From an uncultured bacterium (lineage in GTDB: Bacteria; T1Sed10-126), in assembly GCA_964566495.1 (NCBI GenBank), contig CAZMIT010000047.1:1-10461 (forward strand): a stretch of DNA of 10,461 bases, in the 5' to 3' direction. Each line of letters opens with the position of its first letter. Within the stretch, counting starts at the first letter, position 1. The notes under the pieces are model-generated. The model did not search any database and was not told the origin of the DNA. It saw only the letters and a program-made list of their open reading frames with translations. Below, piece by piece: positions 1-8,033 of the stretch. Both the position numbers and the translations under genes were made by a program.

Positions 1-757
<757 letters not shown>

Positions 758-767
758 GTTGAACAGG

Positions 768-789
768 GAATTTTTTTAGTAAAAAATTC
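768..789. repeat. AT-rich palindrome just downstream of recQ
   Basis: GAATTTTTT (768-776), 4-nt spacer TAGT, AAAAAATTC (781-789). Function unknown. Confidence 0.45.
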
Positions 790-859
790 AAGATGGATTC
801 CGGGGCGGGCTCCCTGCGTGAAGAGGAAAATAAAGGGATGAAATCAATGAGGGAATGAC
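786..859. repeat. Degenerate copy of the GTCATTCC/GGAATGAC palindromic repeat family
   Basis: ATTCAAGATGGATT (786-799) is identical to 8099-8112, and the segment ends in GGAATGAC (852-859). Confidence 0.5.
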
Positions 860-930
860 AACCAACGATTTTAATGATAATCTGTTGTGTCCTGAAAAAA
901 TATTGCGGAGAATAGTTTTGCGATTCTATC

Positions 931-1068
931 GTTCTGAGGACCGATATATTTCTGACATCATTCTCGTGGCCGTCCAGGCCACTTCCGAGGTATAAAGACC
1001 TCAAAACAACCCCATCCTGGGGTTTGAGGTCGTTATAAATCCGTCAGAAACACATCGGTCCTCAGAAC
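931..1068. repeat. 138-bp fold-back element: 26-bp terminal inverted repeat enclosing two hairpins (REPIN/MITE-like element or structured RNA)
   Basis: 931-956 pairs with 1043-1068 at 24/26 positions. Inner hairpins: GTGGCC/GGCCAC (966-982), and GACCTCAAA/TTTGAGGTC (997-1031) capped by CCCCA/TGGGG. Confidence 0.75.
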
Positions 1069-1180
1069 CACCGTTTTTTTACAAAGTAGGATTCGATCAT
1101 TATTTAAATAAAAATAAACGTGTCCTGCTAACAAAACACGAAACTTCAGTAACAAGTTAATTTTGAGGAGGTTATTTTGA

Positions 1181-1561
1181 ATGAGGAAAAAAGAAATTCA
1201 GAGCGATGAGGCGCCGGCTGCCGTGGGGGCCTACAGTCAGGGACAGCAGGTAGGCGAGCTGATCTTTACTTCCGGCCAGATTGCCCTGCATCCAGACAGC
1301 GGAGAGTTAGTGACGGGAAGCTTTCGAGAAGAGGCCCGGCAGGTACTAGAAAATCTGCTGGCCGTGGTAAAAGCGGGAGAAGGCTCGCGAGAAAGTATTG
1401 TAAAGACAACTGTATATCTGACCGACCTTTCGCTTTACGATGAGTTGAACGAAATATACAGCGATTACTTTGCCAAATCACTGCCGGCTCGCTCGGTAGT
1501 TGAGGTTAAAGCCCTACCCAGGGGAGTCAATCTGGAAATCGAGGCAATAGCAACGAAATGA
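1181..1561 (+). CDS. ridA: RidA/YjgF family reactive enamine/imine deaminase
   Basis: Motifs APAAVGAYSQG, IFTSGQI, VKTTVYL, PARSVVEVKALPRG and EIEAIA. RBS GAGGAGG at 1165-1171. Confidence 0.93.
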   Translation: MRKKEIQSDEAPAAVGAYSQGQQVGELIFTSGQIALHPDSGELVTGSFREEARQVLENLLAVVKAGEGSRESIVKTTVYLTDLSLYDELNEIYSDYFAKSLPARSVVEVKALPRGVNLEIEAIATK

Positions 1562-1620
1562 AAAAAACTGAGACCATAGATTCCGAAACTGCGGGCGCTC
1601 CATGCCCTGATCCGAAATGA
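1558..1620 (+). other. 20-codon bridging mini-ORF (MKKTETIDSETAGAPCPDPK) between ridA and hypE
   Basis: ATGA overlap with the ridA stop (1558-1561) and ATGA overlap with the hypE start (1617-1620). Confidence 0.4.
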
Positions 1621-2645
1621 CGTCGGTAGGTTCTGTTGACAACTATGACGAAGTTCAACTTTCCCACGGTGGCGGCGGGAGGCTGACTCACCAACTGCTG
1701 GAGGAGTTGATCTTCCCAAGCTTCGACAACGAATATCTGGAGCAACGACACGACGGCGCGGTATTTGAAGCTGCTGATAAACGGCTGGCCTTTACCACCG
1801 ATTCTTTTGTCGTCACGCCGTTATTTTTCCCGGGCGGAGACATCGGTGAGCTGGCCGTCTGGGGAACCGTAAATGACCTGGCAATGTGTGGTGCCCGCCC
1901 CCGCTTGTTAAGTGCCGGTCTGATAATCGAGGAAGGTTTCTCGATGAAAAAGTTAAAAAATGTTGTAGAGTCTATGCAGCGAGCAGCGGAGGTTGCCGGT
2001 GCAAAAATAGTCACCGGTGACACAAAAGTAGTCGAACGTGACAAAGCGGACGGCCTCTACATTAATACGGCCGGAGTAGGGGAGACGCTGGTAAAAGAAA
2101 GTCCCGGACCCGCGGCAATTAAAGCAGGCGATAGAGTGGTGCTGAGCGGTGACGTCGGGCGTCACGGCATGGCAGTGTTGTCGCACCGTGAAGGTCTGGA
2201 ATTTGAAAGTGAGATAAAAAGTGACTGTGCGCCGCTCTGGCCGGCAGTTGAAGCACTTATAAAGGCCGGAATAGAGCCGCGCTGTATGAGAGATCTGACA
2301 CGCGGCGGCCTGGCCACTAACTTAAACGAGCTAATTAACGAACAGATTGGTATAAGTATTGAGCGGCAGGCAGTGCCGGTCCAGGAAGAGGTGGATGCTG
2401 CCTGTGAAATCCTGGGGCTGGATCCGCTTTACGTTGCCTGCGAAGGGCGCATGGTAGTCGTCGTACCGGCCGGTCAGGAAGATAAAACTGTTGAAGTTTT
2501 AAGCCGGTTCGAAGATACACAAAATGCCACCACGATTGGCGAAGTTACATCCGAAAATAAGAACCTGGTCAGCGCAAGCAGCGCTTTTGGCGTCGACAGA
2601 GTGTTAGAAGTTAAAAGTGGAGAGCAACTACCCCGTATCTGTTGA
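1617..2645 (+). CDS. hypE: Hydrogenase maturation carbamoyl dehydratase HypE
   Basis: Motifs LSHGGGG, FTTDSFVVTPLFFPGGDIG, GTVNDLAM, VTGDTKVV, MRDLTRGG, and the diagnostic C-terminal PRIC. Confidence 0.96.
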   Translation: MTSVGSVDNYDEVQLSHGGGGRLTHQLLEELIFPSFDNEYLEQRHDGAVFEAADKRLAFTTDSFVVTPLFFPGGDIGELAVWGTVNDLAMCGARPRLLSAGLIIEEGFSMKKLKNVVESMQRAAEVAGAKIVTGDTKVVERDKADGLYINTAGVGETLVKESPGPAAIKAGDRVVLSGDVGRHGMAVLSHREGLEFESEIKSDCAPLWPAVEALIKAGIEPRCMRDLTRGGLATNLNELINEQIGISIERQAVPVQEEVDAACEILGLDPLYVACEGRMVVVVPAGQEDKTVEVLSRFEDTQNATTIGEVTSENKNLVSASSAFGVDRVLEVKSGEQLPRIC

Positions 2646-2658
2646 TAGGAGGTAAAAA

Positions 2659-3078
2659 ATGGGAGAAACGAAAAGATTTGGTGTTTCCTTGTCCAAACAG
2701 CTTTTGACTGAGTTTGATAAATTAATTGAAACCAAAAATTATTCCAGTCGATCCGAGGCAATTCGCGACCTGATCCGCGAAGCATTGGTTCACTCAGAGT
2801 GGGAAGAGGGAAACGAACGCTGTGTCGGTACTATATCACTCGTTTACAACCACCACACCCGAGAATTACTGCCACAACTTACCGGCATACAACACGATTA
2901 TACGGACGAAATAATCTCCAGCACACATATTCACCTCGACGCTCACAACTGTCTTGAAGTTTTAGCAGTCAGCGGCCCGGCCAAAAAATTAAGAGAAGTG
3001 AGCGACAGACTGCGCAGCACCCGGGGCGTTATTCACGCCAAACTTTCAATGTCCACCACCGGAGAAAAACTAACCTGA
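2659..3078 (+). CDS. nikR: Nickel-responsive ribbon-helix-helix transcriptional regulator NikR
   Basis: N-terminal RFGVSL...SRSEAIRDLIR, and Ni ligands in QHD, HIHLD and HNCLE. RBS AGGAGG at 2647-2652. Confidence 0.95.
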   Translation: MGETKRFGVSLSKQLLTEFDKLIETKNYSSRSEAIRDLIREALVHSEWEEGNERCVGTISLVYNHHTRELLPQLTGIQHDYTDEIISSTHIHLDAHNCLEVLAVSGPAKKLREVSDRLRSTRGVIHAKLSMSTTGEKLT

Positions 3079-3253
3079 CGGTTATCCGCCCCCCGCTTTA
3101 CAATCTTCTACAAAAAAACACGTTAATATAGGTCTTTTAGATTGCCAAAGCTACATAATACTTTAAGTAAATTTCAACTTGTAAATCAGGCTTGGGCAAT
3201 TTTCAAAACCGAAACTGATTAGCAAATCCGATAATGAATTGCTTGTTAATAAT

Positions 3254-3338
3254 TTATCCACAGGTTATCCACAAAATATCTATTTTGTCCACGAGTCAAC
3301 TCACAAGTGCTGGTTAACTTATCCACAATTTATCCACA
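3254..3338 (+). promoter_or_regulatory. DnaA-box cluster (candidate oriC or DnaA titration/regulatory locus)
   Basis: Perfect TTATCCACA at 3254-3262, 3265-3273, 3319-3327 and 3330-3338. Degenerate TTGTCCACG at 3285-3293. AT-rich DNA lies upstream. Confidence 0.8.
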
Positions 3339-3426
3339 GGGTTGTTTAGAAAAAAGGATTAAACTATGGTAAAATAGCCCTGCAAAAGCATCCGCATTTA
3401 TCCATCTCCTGCACAAAGGTAACAGG

Positions 3427-3566
3427 ATACTTGTTTAGCGTGATCCGGACAAAATATCCCGGGTTCCGTCATTCCGGATCCCCCTTGAAAGGGAGGAATG
3501 ACGATCGTTGGATCAAGCCCCGGGGCGTCATACGTTCCCACAATTTCCGGGGGGTTAAACAGTTGC
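3427..3566. mobile_element. Degenerate MITE-like element with ends related to the 4647-4775 element
   Basis: Left end ATACTTGTTTAGCGT; right end reverse complement GCAACTGTTTAACCCC. The 8-bp flanks GTAACAGG and GAGAAAGG match at only 5/8. Contains hairpin 3467-3503. Confidence 0.45.
3467..3503. repeat. REP-like palindrome CGTCATTCC...GGAATGACG
   Basis: Perfect 9-bp stem (3467-3475 with 3495-3503) and an inner CCCTT/AAGGG stem. Confidence 0.7.
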
Positions 3567-3624
3567 GAGAAAGGTTAAAAAAGATGGGAAGTAGTAAAAA
3601 TACGAGAAGGGACCGTCAGTAAAC

Positions 3625-4554
3625 ATGGCTATAGACGACGAGAATGAAAGTATTCTGTTGTCTCTTGGTTGGTTCAGATCAGGGACAACGCACCTCTATG
3701 AACATCTGAAAGCTTCGCTACCGGACTGGACTCACTACTACGAGCCCTTTCATCCAAATTTAGGCGGAATTACGTCACAATATGAACAACTGACTGCGGA
3801 AAAAACCGAAAAAGATGTCAAGTTAAAGGAGCCCACCCACAATAAAATTCTGTTTGACGAGTACTGTCAGAATCCGGGGCCGGTTAAGAAATACCACCGA
3901 CCGGAGTTTGGTAAGTGTAACTTTTTCCTCGGCGGCGGAGCGGAATATCCGGAACTGCGAAAATACTTAAACGAGCTTGTCGGGGACAGGAAAAATCATC
4001 TCCAGATTAACCGCGGCCTGGGACGTCTCCAGTATCTTTTTACAGTGCTCCCCACAGCAAAGTTTCTATTAATTATTCGTGACCCGCGAGCGACATGGGC
4101 TTCCTGGCAGAATCAGCCCGATAATCCTCTGGCAGCCGACCTGGAAGCTAACAAGTTCCAAATTAAACAGATGCTCAAGGAGTTAAGGAACTACCTGACG
4201 GACGAAGACTGGACCAACTGGGGATTTTCCTGGGCGAAACGTAAACCACCGGTCGCTGAATTTTTAATTACCTGGTCTTTTCTTTATACAACCGCCCTTA
4301 ATCATCTACAGAAAGCCCAATATTACAGTGTTATAACGTTTGAAGCCCTGGTAACATCATCGGCAGCGGTCAAAGAAAAACTGGCTGGAACGCTTGGCCT
4401 GCCCTTAAAACCGGCGACGGGGCCAAGCAGCTACTCAACCCCAAACAAGAAGTGGAGAAGAGCTGCCAACCCGGAAGACTACAGAAAATTGTTTGCTGAC
4501 GCACCTGATGATTTACCACTCTTTTCCCTGCTTAAACAGTTTGGCTGGTATTAA
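3625..4554 (+). CDS. PAPS-dependent sulfotransferase family protein
   Basis: 5'-PSB-like loop GWFRSGTTHL, YEPFHP, 3'-PB-like motif IIRDPRATWASW, and ITFEALV. Confidence 0.78.
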   Translation: MAIDDENESILLSLGWFRSGTTHLYEHLKASLPDWTHYYEPFHPNLGGITSQYEQLTAEKTEKDVKLKEPTHNKILFDEYCQNPGPVKKYHRPEFGKCNFFLGGGAEYPELRKYLNELVGDRKNHLQINRGLGRLQYLFTVLPTAKFLLIIRDPRATWASWQNQPDNPLAADLEANKFQIKQMLKELRNYLTDEDWTNWGFSWAKRKPPVAEFLITWSFLYTTALNHLQKAQYYSVITFEALVTSSAAVKEKLAGTLGLPLKPATGPSSYSTPNKKWRRAANPEDYRKLFADAPDDLPLFSLLKQFGWY

Positions 4555-4570
4555 GCTCGATTTAGTGCTT

Positions 4571-4604
4571 GCTCCCTTGCTCGGAATGATATAGGAAGGT
4601 TTTG
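4571..4604 (-). repeat. Partial copy of the GTCATTCCG repeat family
   Basis: Its reverse complement matches 8034-8067 at 30/34 positions. Confidence 0.75.
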
Positions 4605-4636
4605 GGAGTTTACTGTCTGGGCTTTTTAGGCTGGTT

Positions 4637-4645
4637 TGATATAAT
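4637..4645 (+). promoter_or_regulatory. Candidate extended -10 promoter (TGnTATAAT) for the nadK gene cluster
   Basis: TGATATAAT at 4637-4645; no canonical -35 is seen. TATAAT recurs at 4777-4782 as part of the target duplication. Confidence 0.45.
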
Positions 4646-4646
4646 A

Positions 4647-4775
4647 GTACCTATTTAGCGTCCCCCCTTAATCCCCTCTCACCCATTGGGGGAGAGGGGG
4701 GAATTGGATAAATGAACCCCCTCTTTTGTATTTTCTCCCCCCGAGGGAGAAAAGATGGGGACGCTAAACAAATAC
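4647..4775. mobile_element. 129-bp MITE with 19-bp TIRs and an 8-bp target site duplication
   Basis: GTACCTATTTAGCGTCCCC (4647-4665) and GGGGACGCTAAACAAATAC (4757-4775) are 16/19 complementary. ATATAATA is directly repeated at 4639-4646 and 4776-4783. Internal hairpins at 4673-4699 and 4731-4753. Confidence 0.85.
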
Positions 4776-4835
4776 ATATAATATTTGAGCGAGAGATCCT
4801 CAGAGGGATACAAATCGAGAAAGGTAAACTCAGAA

Positions 4836-5684
4836 ATGAAAATAGGTATTGTGCTCAATCCGAAAAAAGTTGAAATTTACGATCGCGTCGAGAAAGCGAT
4901 TAACTGGCTGGTAGAAAAGGACTGCGAAGTCTACGTTGAGGAGGAGGCGCCCGAGGAAACAGGGGCAGAGCTGGAAAGGTTAAGCGTTGAAGAGATTGGT
5001 AAAACCTGTAAAGTAGTGATTGTGTTTGGGGGTGACGGCTCAATCCTGAGAATAGCGGCTCAGTTGGCCGAGGCCGGCACGCCAATCTTAGGAATAAATT
5101 CAGGCCAGTTAGGGTTTCTAACGGAGACAACCCTGGAGGACCTTGAGACGGCGCTACCGCGAATAATCAACAACGAATATAAAGTCAACGAACGTTCTAT
5201 GCTGCGTGGAAAAACCAGTGACAATGGCCGCGAAATGCTGGCTTTGAACGACATGGTATTGAGTCGGGAAAAACACGGTCGAGTTGTTGAAATAGCGGCC
5301 CGGGTGAACGGCGATCTGGTAACTCGCTTCGTCTGTGACGGCATGTTGATCAGCACGCCAACCGGTTCCACCGCCTACAATCTGGCGGCTAACGGGCCGA
5401 TCGTTCACCCGGAGATGGATTCTCTTATCCTGAATCCTATCTGCCCGCACACACTGACCAACCGACCGTTAATTCTGCCGCTGGACAGTGAGATAGAATT
5501 GGAATTACTGACTGAAGACAGGTGTCACTTAATTGCCGACGGTCAGAAGAAAATAACTGATCTGGGAAGTGGAGACATTGCCCGGGTGGAGAGAGCTGAT
5601 TGCACGACCTCGCTAATAGTTCCGCCGGAACTAAGTTTTTACGAGCTTTTGGCTTCGAAACTACAGTGGAGTGGTAGTACGTAA
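4836..5684 (+). CDS. nadK: NAD(+) kinase
   Basis: Motifs GGDGSIL, GINSGQLGFL, ALND, DGMLISTPTGSTAYNLAANGPI and PICPHTL. ATG 4836 (MKIGIV) with upstream GAAAGGT is preferred over TTG 4785. Confidence 0.95.
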   Translation: MKIGIVLNPKKVEIYDRVEKAINWLVEKDCEVYVEEEAPEETGAELERLSVEEIGKTCKVVIVFGGDGSILRIAAQLAEAGTPILGINSGQLGFLTETTLEDLETALPRIINNEYKVNERSMLRGKTSDNGREMLALNDMVLSREKHGRVVEIAARVNGDLVTRFVCDGMLISTPTGSTAYNLAANGPIVHPEMDSLILNPICPHTLTNRPLILPLDSEIELELLTEDRCHLIADGQKKITDLGSGDIARVERADCTTSLIVPPELSFYELLASKLQWSGST

Positions 5685-5705
5685 ACAGAGGAGCATGGTG
5701 ATAAG

Positions 5706-6089
5706 ATGAGTACCAATGAGAACATATTGCAGAAGATGACGGAGATTTCTCAACGTGACCAGCGTTATCCCCGCGAAGCACTCTTATTCGTCTTAAACGG
5801 AATCCAGTGGTCTTTTGTCGAACTGGGGCAGCGCCGCCACCTGAGCGGCCAGGAGTTCACTGAGATGCTGGTAGCTTATGCACGTCAGGAGTTTGGCGGA
5901 CTGGCCCACACTGTTTTCCAGGAGTGGGGAATATTTTCAACCAGCGATCTCGGTGAAATTGTTTACTTGCTTATTGAAGCCGGACTGATGACTAAACAAG
6001 AAGAGGACAGTATTGAGGACTTTGATAACGTTCTTGACCTGGAAGAGGCGCTCAGAGCTCCTGAATTTTCTCCCCGGGTCTCCTCTTGA
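5706..6089 (+). CDS. Conserved hypothetical protein resembling the Minf_1886/TIGR04138 family
   Basis: Pattern DQRYPREA..FV, RHLSGQE, ARQEFGGLA.TVFQEWGI, DLGEIVY, EDSIEDF, recognised from memory of the family. RBS-like GAGGAG upstream. Confidence 0.7.
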   Translation: MSTNENILQKMTEISQRDQRYPREALLFVLNGIQWSFVELGQRRHLSGQEFTEMLVAYARQEFGGLAHTVFQEWGIFSTSDLGEIVYLLIEAGLMTKQEEDSIEDFDNVLDLEEALRAPEFSPRVSS

Positions 6090-6108
6090 CTTCTTCTTTT
6101 CAGGCTTA

Positions 6109-7020
6109 ATGGAACTTACCACAATTTCCCGCCCAATCGATCAGCTTAAAACCAATCCGCTGCTGAACTACGCCCGACAACAGAATTTTACCGGCGAAAA
6201 AGAAGCTGAACAGCAAAAGCTACTCCCCACCTGGCTGGTTTCGGAAGGGACTGAACTGAAAGTCCTCTGGCAGCCCCGGGGAGCTGCGCGCACGATTGAA
6301 AATAAAAGGCCACTGCTGCTGGTGAAAGCGGCTCATACCTCCTTCGTCGAGCTGACCCTGAACCTGTGGCAGCAAGTTGACCGAATTTCAGCCCTGGAAA
6401 AGGGGTATGTGCTCGATTACTTAAAAAATAAGAAGAATTTTTCTGCTAAGGAACTCAAACAAATAGCCAGTCAATTACTACAGATTCCCGCCGCTGAACA
6501 GTGGCTTGAGACCTACCGCTCTTTCCCGGAGTTGCCCCTGAAGTTACAAAAACAGATTCAGAAGGAGCAGATCAGCATAAACCTCTTCTATCACCTTAAT
6601 GACCTGCCCGAGGAGCTATTTAGTCTTGTCGTCGAAGGACTGACTGATAAAAAACTGCGGCTGACGGTGCAGGAAGCAAGGCAGTTCGGCACCGCGATAC
6701 GGCGGCTGGCGAAAGACGAATTACCCGAAATTATTGACCTCACTTGCAGCTCTTTAGAATCAGAGAAGCAGCCAAATAAACGAACCGCCAAACTGCTTGA
6801 GGAAGTGGAGAAAAAAGCCTACCCGAAACTTACGAGCTACCGGCAAAATTTTGCTAAAAAATTAACGGAGCTGAATATTGACGGTCGAATAACTGTGAAG
6901 CCGCCCCAAAATTTCGAGGGAAGCTATCTTGATTTCTCTTTTCGCTGGTCGAAAGAAGAAGATTTTGAGAAGCTCATCCGATCGGTCAAAAAATGCCGCG
7001 CACTATTCGACCTGGTTTGA
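6109..7020 (+). CDS. Hypothetical protein, possibly a degenerate ParB/Spo0J-like helical DNA-binding protein
   Basis: Long open frame; ATG 6109 is the first start clear of the upstream gene. Helical, charged sequence with C-terminal PPQNFEG. Overlaps the next gene by 28 bp. The family assignment is tentative. Confidence 0.6.
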   Translation: MELTTISRPIDQLKTNPLLNYARQQNFTGEKEAEQQKLLPTWLVSEGTELKVLWQPRGAARTIENKRPLLLVKAAHTSFVELTLNLWQQVDRISALEKGYVLDYLKNKKNFSAKELKQIASQLLQIPAAEQWLETYRSFPELPLKLQKQIQKEQISINLFYHLNDLPEELFSLVVEGLTDKKLRLTVQEARQFGTAIRRLAKDELPEIIDLTCSSLESEKQPNKRTAKLLEEVEKKAYPKLTSYRQNFAKKLTELNIDGRITVKPPQNFEGSYLDFSFRWSKEEDFEKLIRSVKKCRALFDLV

Positions 7021-8021
7021 GATCAAGACTTAAGCGTCTGCTGGTAGAACCCGGAGCCGCAAAGACAAATAGCGGCCGAAAAATAATTGAGCGAGCTAAA
7101 CGGCAGGGGATCGAGGTTCTGATCTCGGAAGGAATTGAGATTGAAAATCTTTCCAAGCAGAGCCTTGTGTTGAGCGCCCAGCGGAGTTCACACGTGAATA
7201 AGTGGGAACACCCGCAACCGCTGCCGGACCGGGCTGAGAACTGCATTAGCCCGGTAGAAGGCTGTCCCTTTGATTGCTGTTACTGTTATCTTTTGAACCA
7301 CCTACAAGAACCGGTGCCGCAAGCGACAGTTAATCACGAGCTAATCTGCCGGGAAATAGAGCAGCGGATAGAAGCGGGAGAAAAATACTTCAGTCTCGGG
7401 GAGCTTAGCGATGGTTTAGAACTGGAGCCACTGCTGCATTTTCTGCCCACGATCTGGAATTTGTTCCAAAAAAACGAGCAGTCACGGCTGGAAGTTCGCA
7501 GCAAGAGCATAAATGTTGGCCCGGTTCTTAAGGAGTTAAAACCGCTGGATAACGTCACTTTTGCCTGGACGCTCAGCCCGGTGTCAGTAGCCCGCCGAAT
7601 TGAGCTGCGAACAGCTTCGACCGGCCAACGTATTAAAGCACTCAAGCGACTGCTGGAAGCCGGTTTTAACTGCGGCTTGCGGCTGGATCCAATTATTCTT
7701 CAAGCAGACTGGGAAAGCGAATACCAGCGGCTGCTGGAGCATATTTTTTCAGAAATAAGTCCAGTCCAGCTTCAGTTCTTTATCCTTGGCTGTTTTCGTT
7801 TTCCGAGCGGCCTTGATCGACAAATCGAGAAACGATTTCCCGGACGTGATTTTATCCGGGACGAGTTCGTGCGGGGCCCGGACGGCAAATATAGATACCC
7901 ACGCTTCCGCCGGACAGCGGCCTACCGTAAGCTGCTAAAATTGCTGCCTTCCGAAAATCTGCGCATCGGATTGTGCATGGAACCAGAGTATATCTGGAAC
8001 GATTTAAAGATAAAAAAATGA
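6993..8021 (+). CDS. Spore photoproduct lyase-like radical SAM protein
   Basis: GCPFDCCYCYL (CxxxCxxC at 7263-7286), GELSDGLELE, LEVRSKS, FAWTLSP, LRLDPII, DGKYRY and LCME. Confidence 0.85.
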   Translation: MPRTIRPGLRSRLKRLLVEPGAAKTNSGRKIIERAKRQGIEVLISEGIEIENLSKQSLVLSAQRSSHVNKWEHPQPLPDRAENCISPVEGCPFDCCYCYLLNHLQEPVPQATVNHELICREIEQRIEAGEKYFSLGELSDGLELEPLLHFLPTIWNLFQKNEQSRLEVRSKSINVGPVLKELKPLDNVTFAWTLSPVSVARRIELRTASTGQRIKALKRLLEAGFNCGLRLDPIILQADWESEYQRLLEHIFSEISPVQLQFFILGCFRFPSGLDRQIEKRFPGRDFIRDEFVRGPDGKYRYPRFRRTAAYRKLLKLLPSENLRIGLCMEPEYIWNDLKIKK

Positions 8022-8033
8022 AAAATAAAATCA

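Noticed and set aside
931..1068. Retron ncRNA or a known riboswitch
   Set aside because: No reverse transcriptase is in the window and no riboswitch consensus is recognised. The element is kept only as an unassigned structure.
1120..1156. Possible NikR operator upstream of ridA (TGCTAAC...GTAACA)
   Set aside because: The half-sites are imperfect and the spacing fits no NikR operator I can support.
3141..3200. Imperfect inverted repeat ATTGCCAAAGCT / GGCTTGGGCAAT
   Set aside because: A 10/12 match with a long spacer could arise by chance; no function can be supported.
3254..3338. Repeated TTATCCACA as a CRISPR array or plasmid iterons
   Set aside because: The units are only 9 bp, match the DnaA-box consensus, have no spacer pattern, and no cas or rep gene is present.
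3431..3622. 63-aa + strand ORF
   Set aside because: TTG start, runs through the repeat element, and has no recognisable motif.
4785..4835. N-terminal extension of nadK from TTG 4785
   Set aside because: NAD kinase similarity begins at MKIGIV (ATG 4836), which has an RBS-like sequence.
6013..6108. Upstream TTG start for the 6013-7020 ORF
   Set aside because: It would overlap the preceding gene by 77 bp; ATG 6109 is more plausible.
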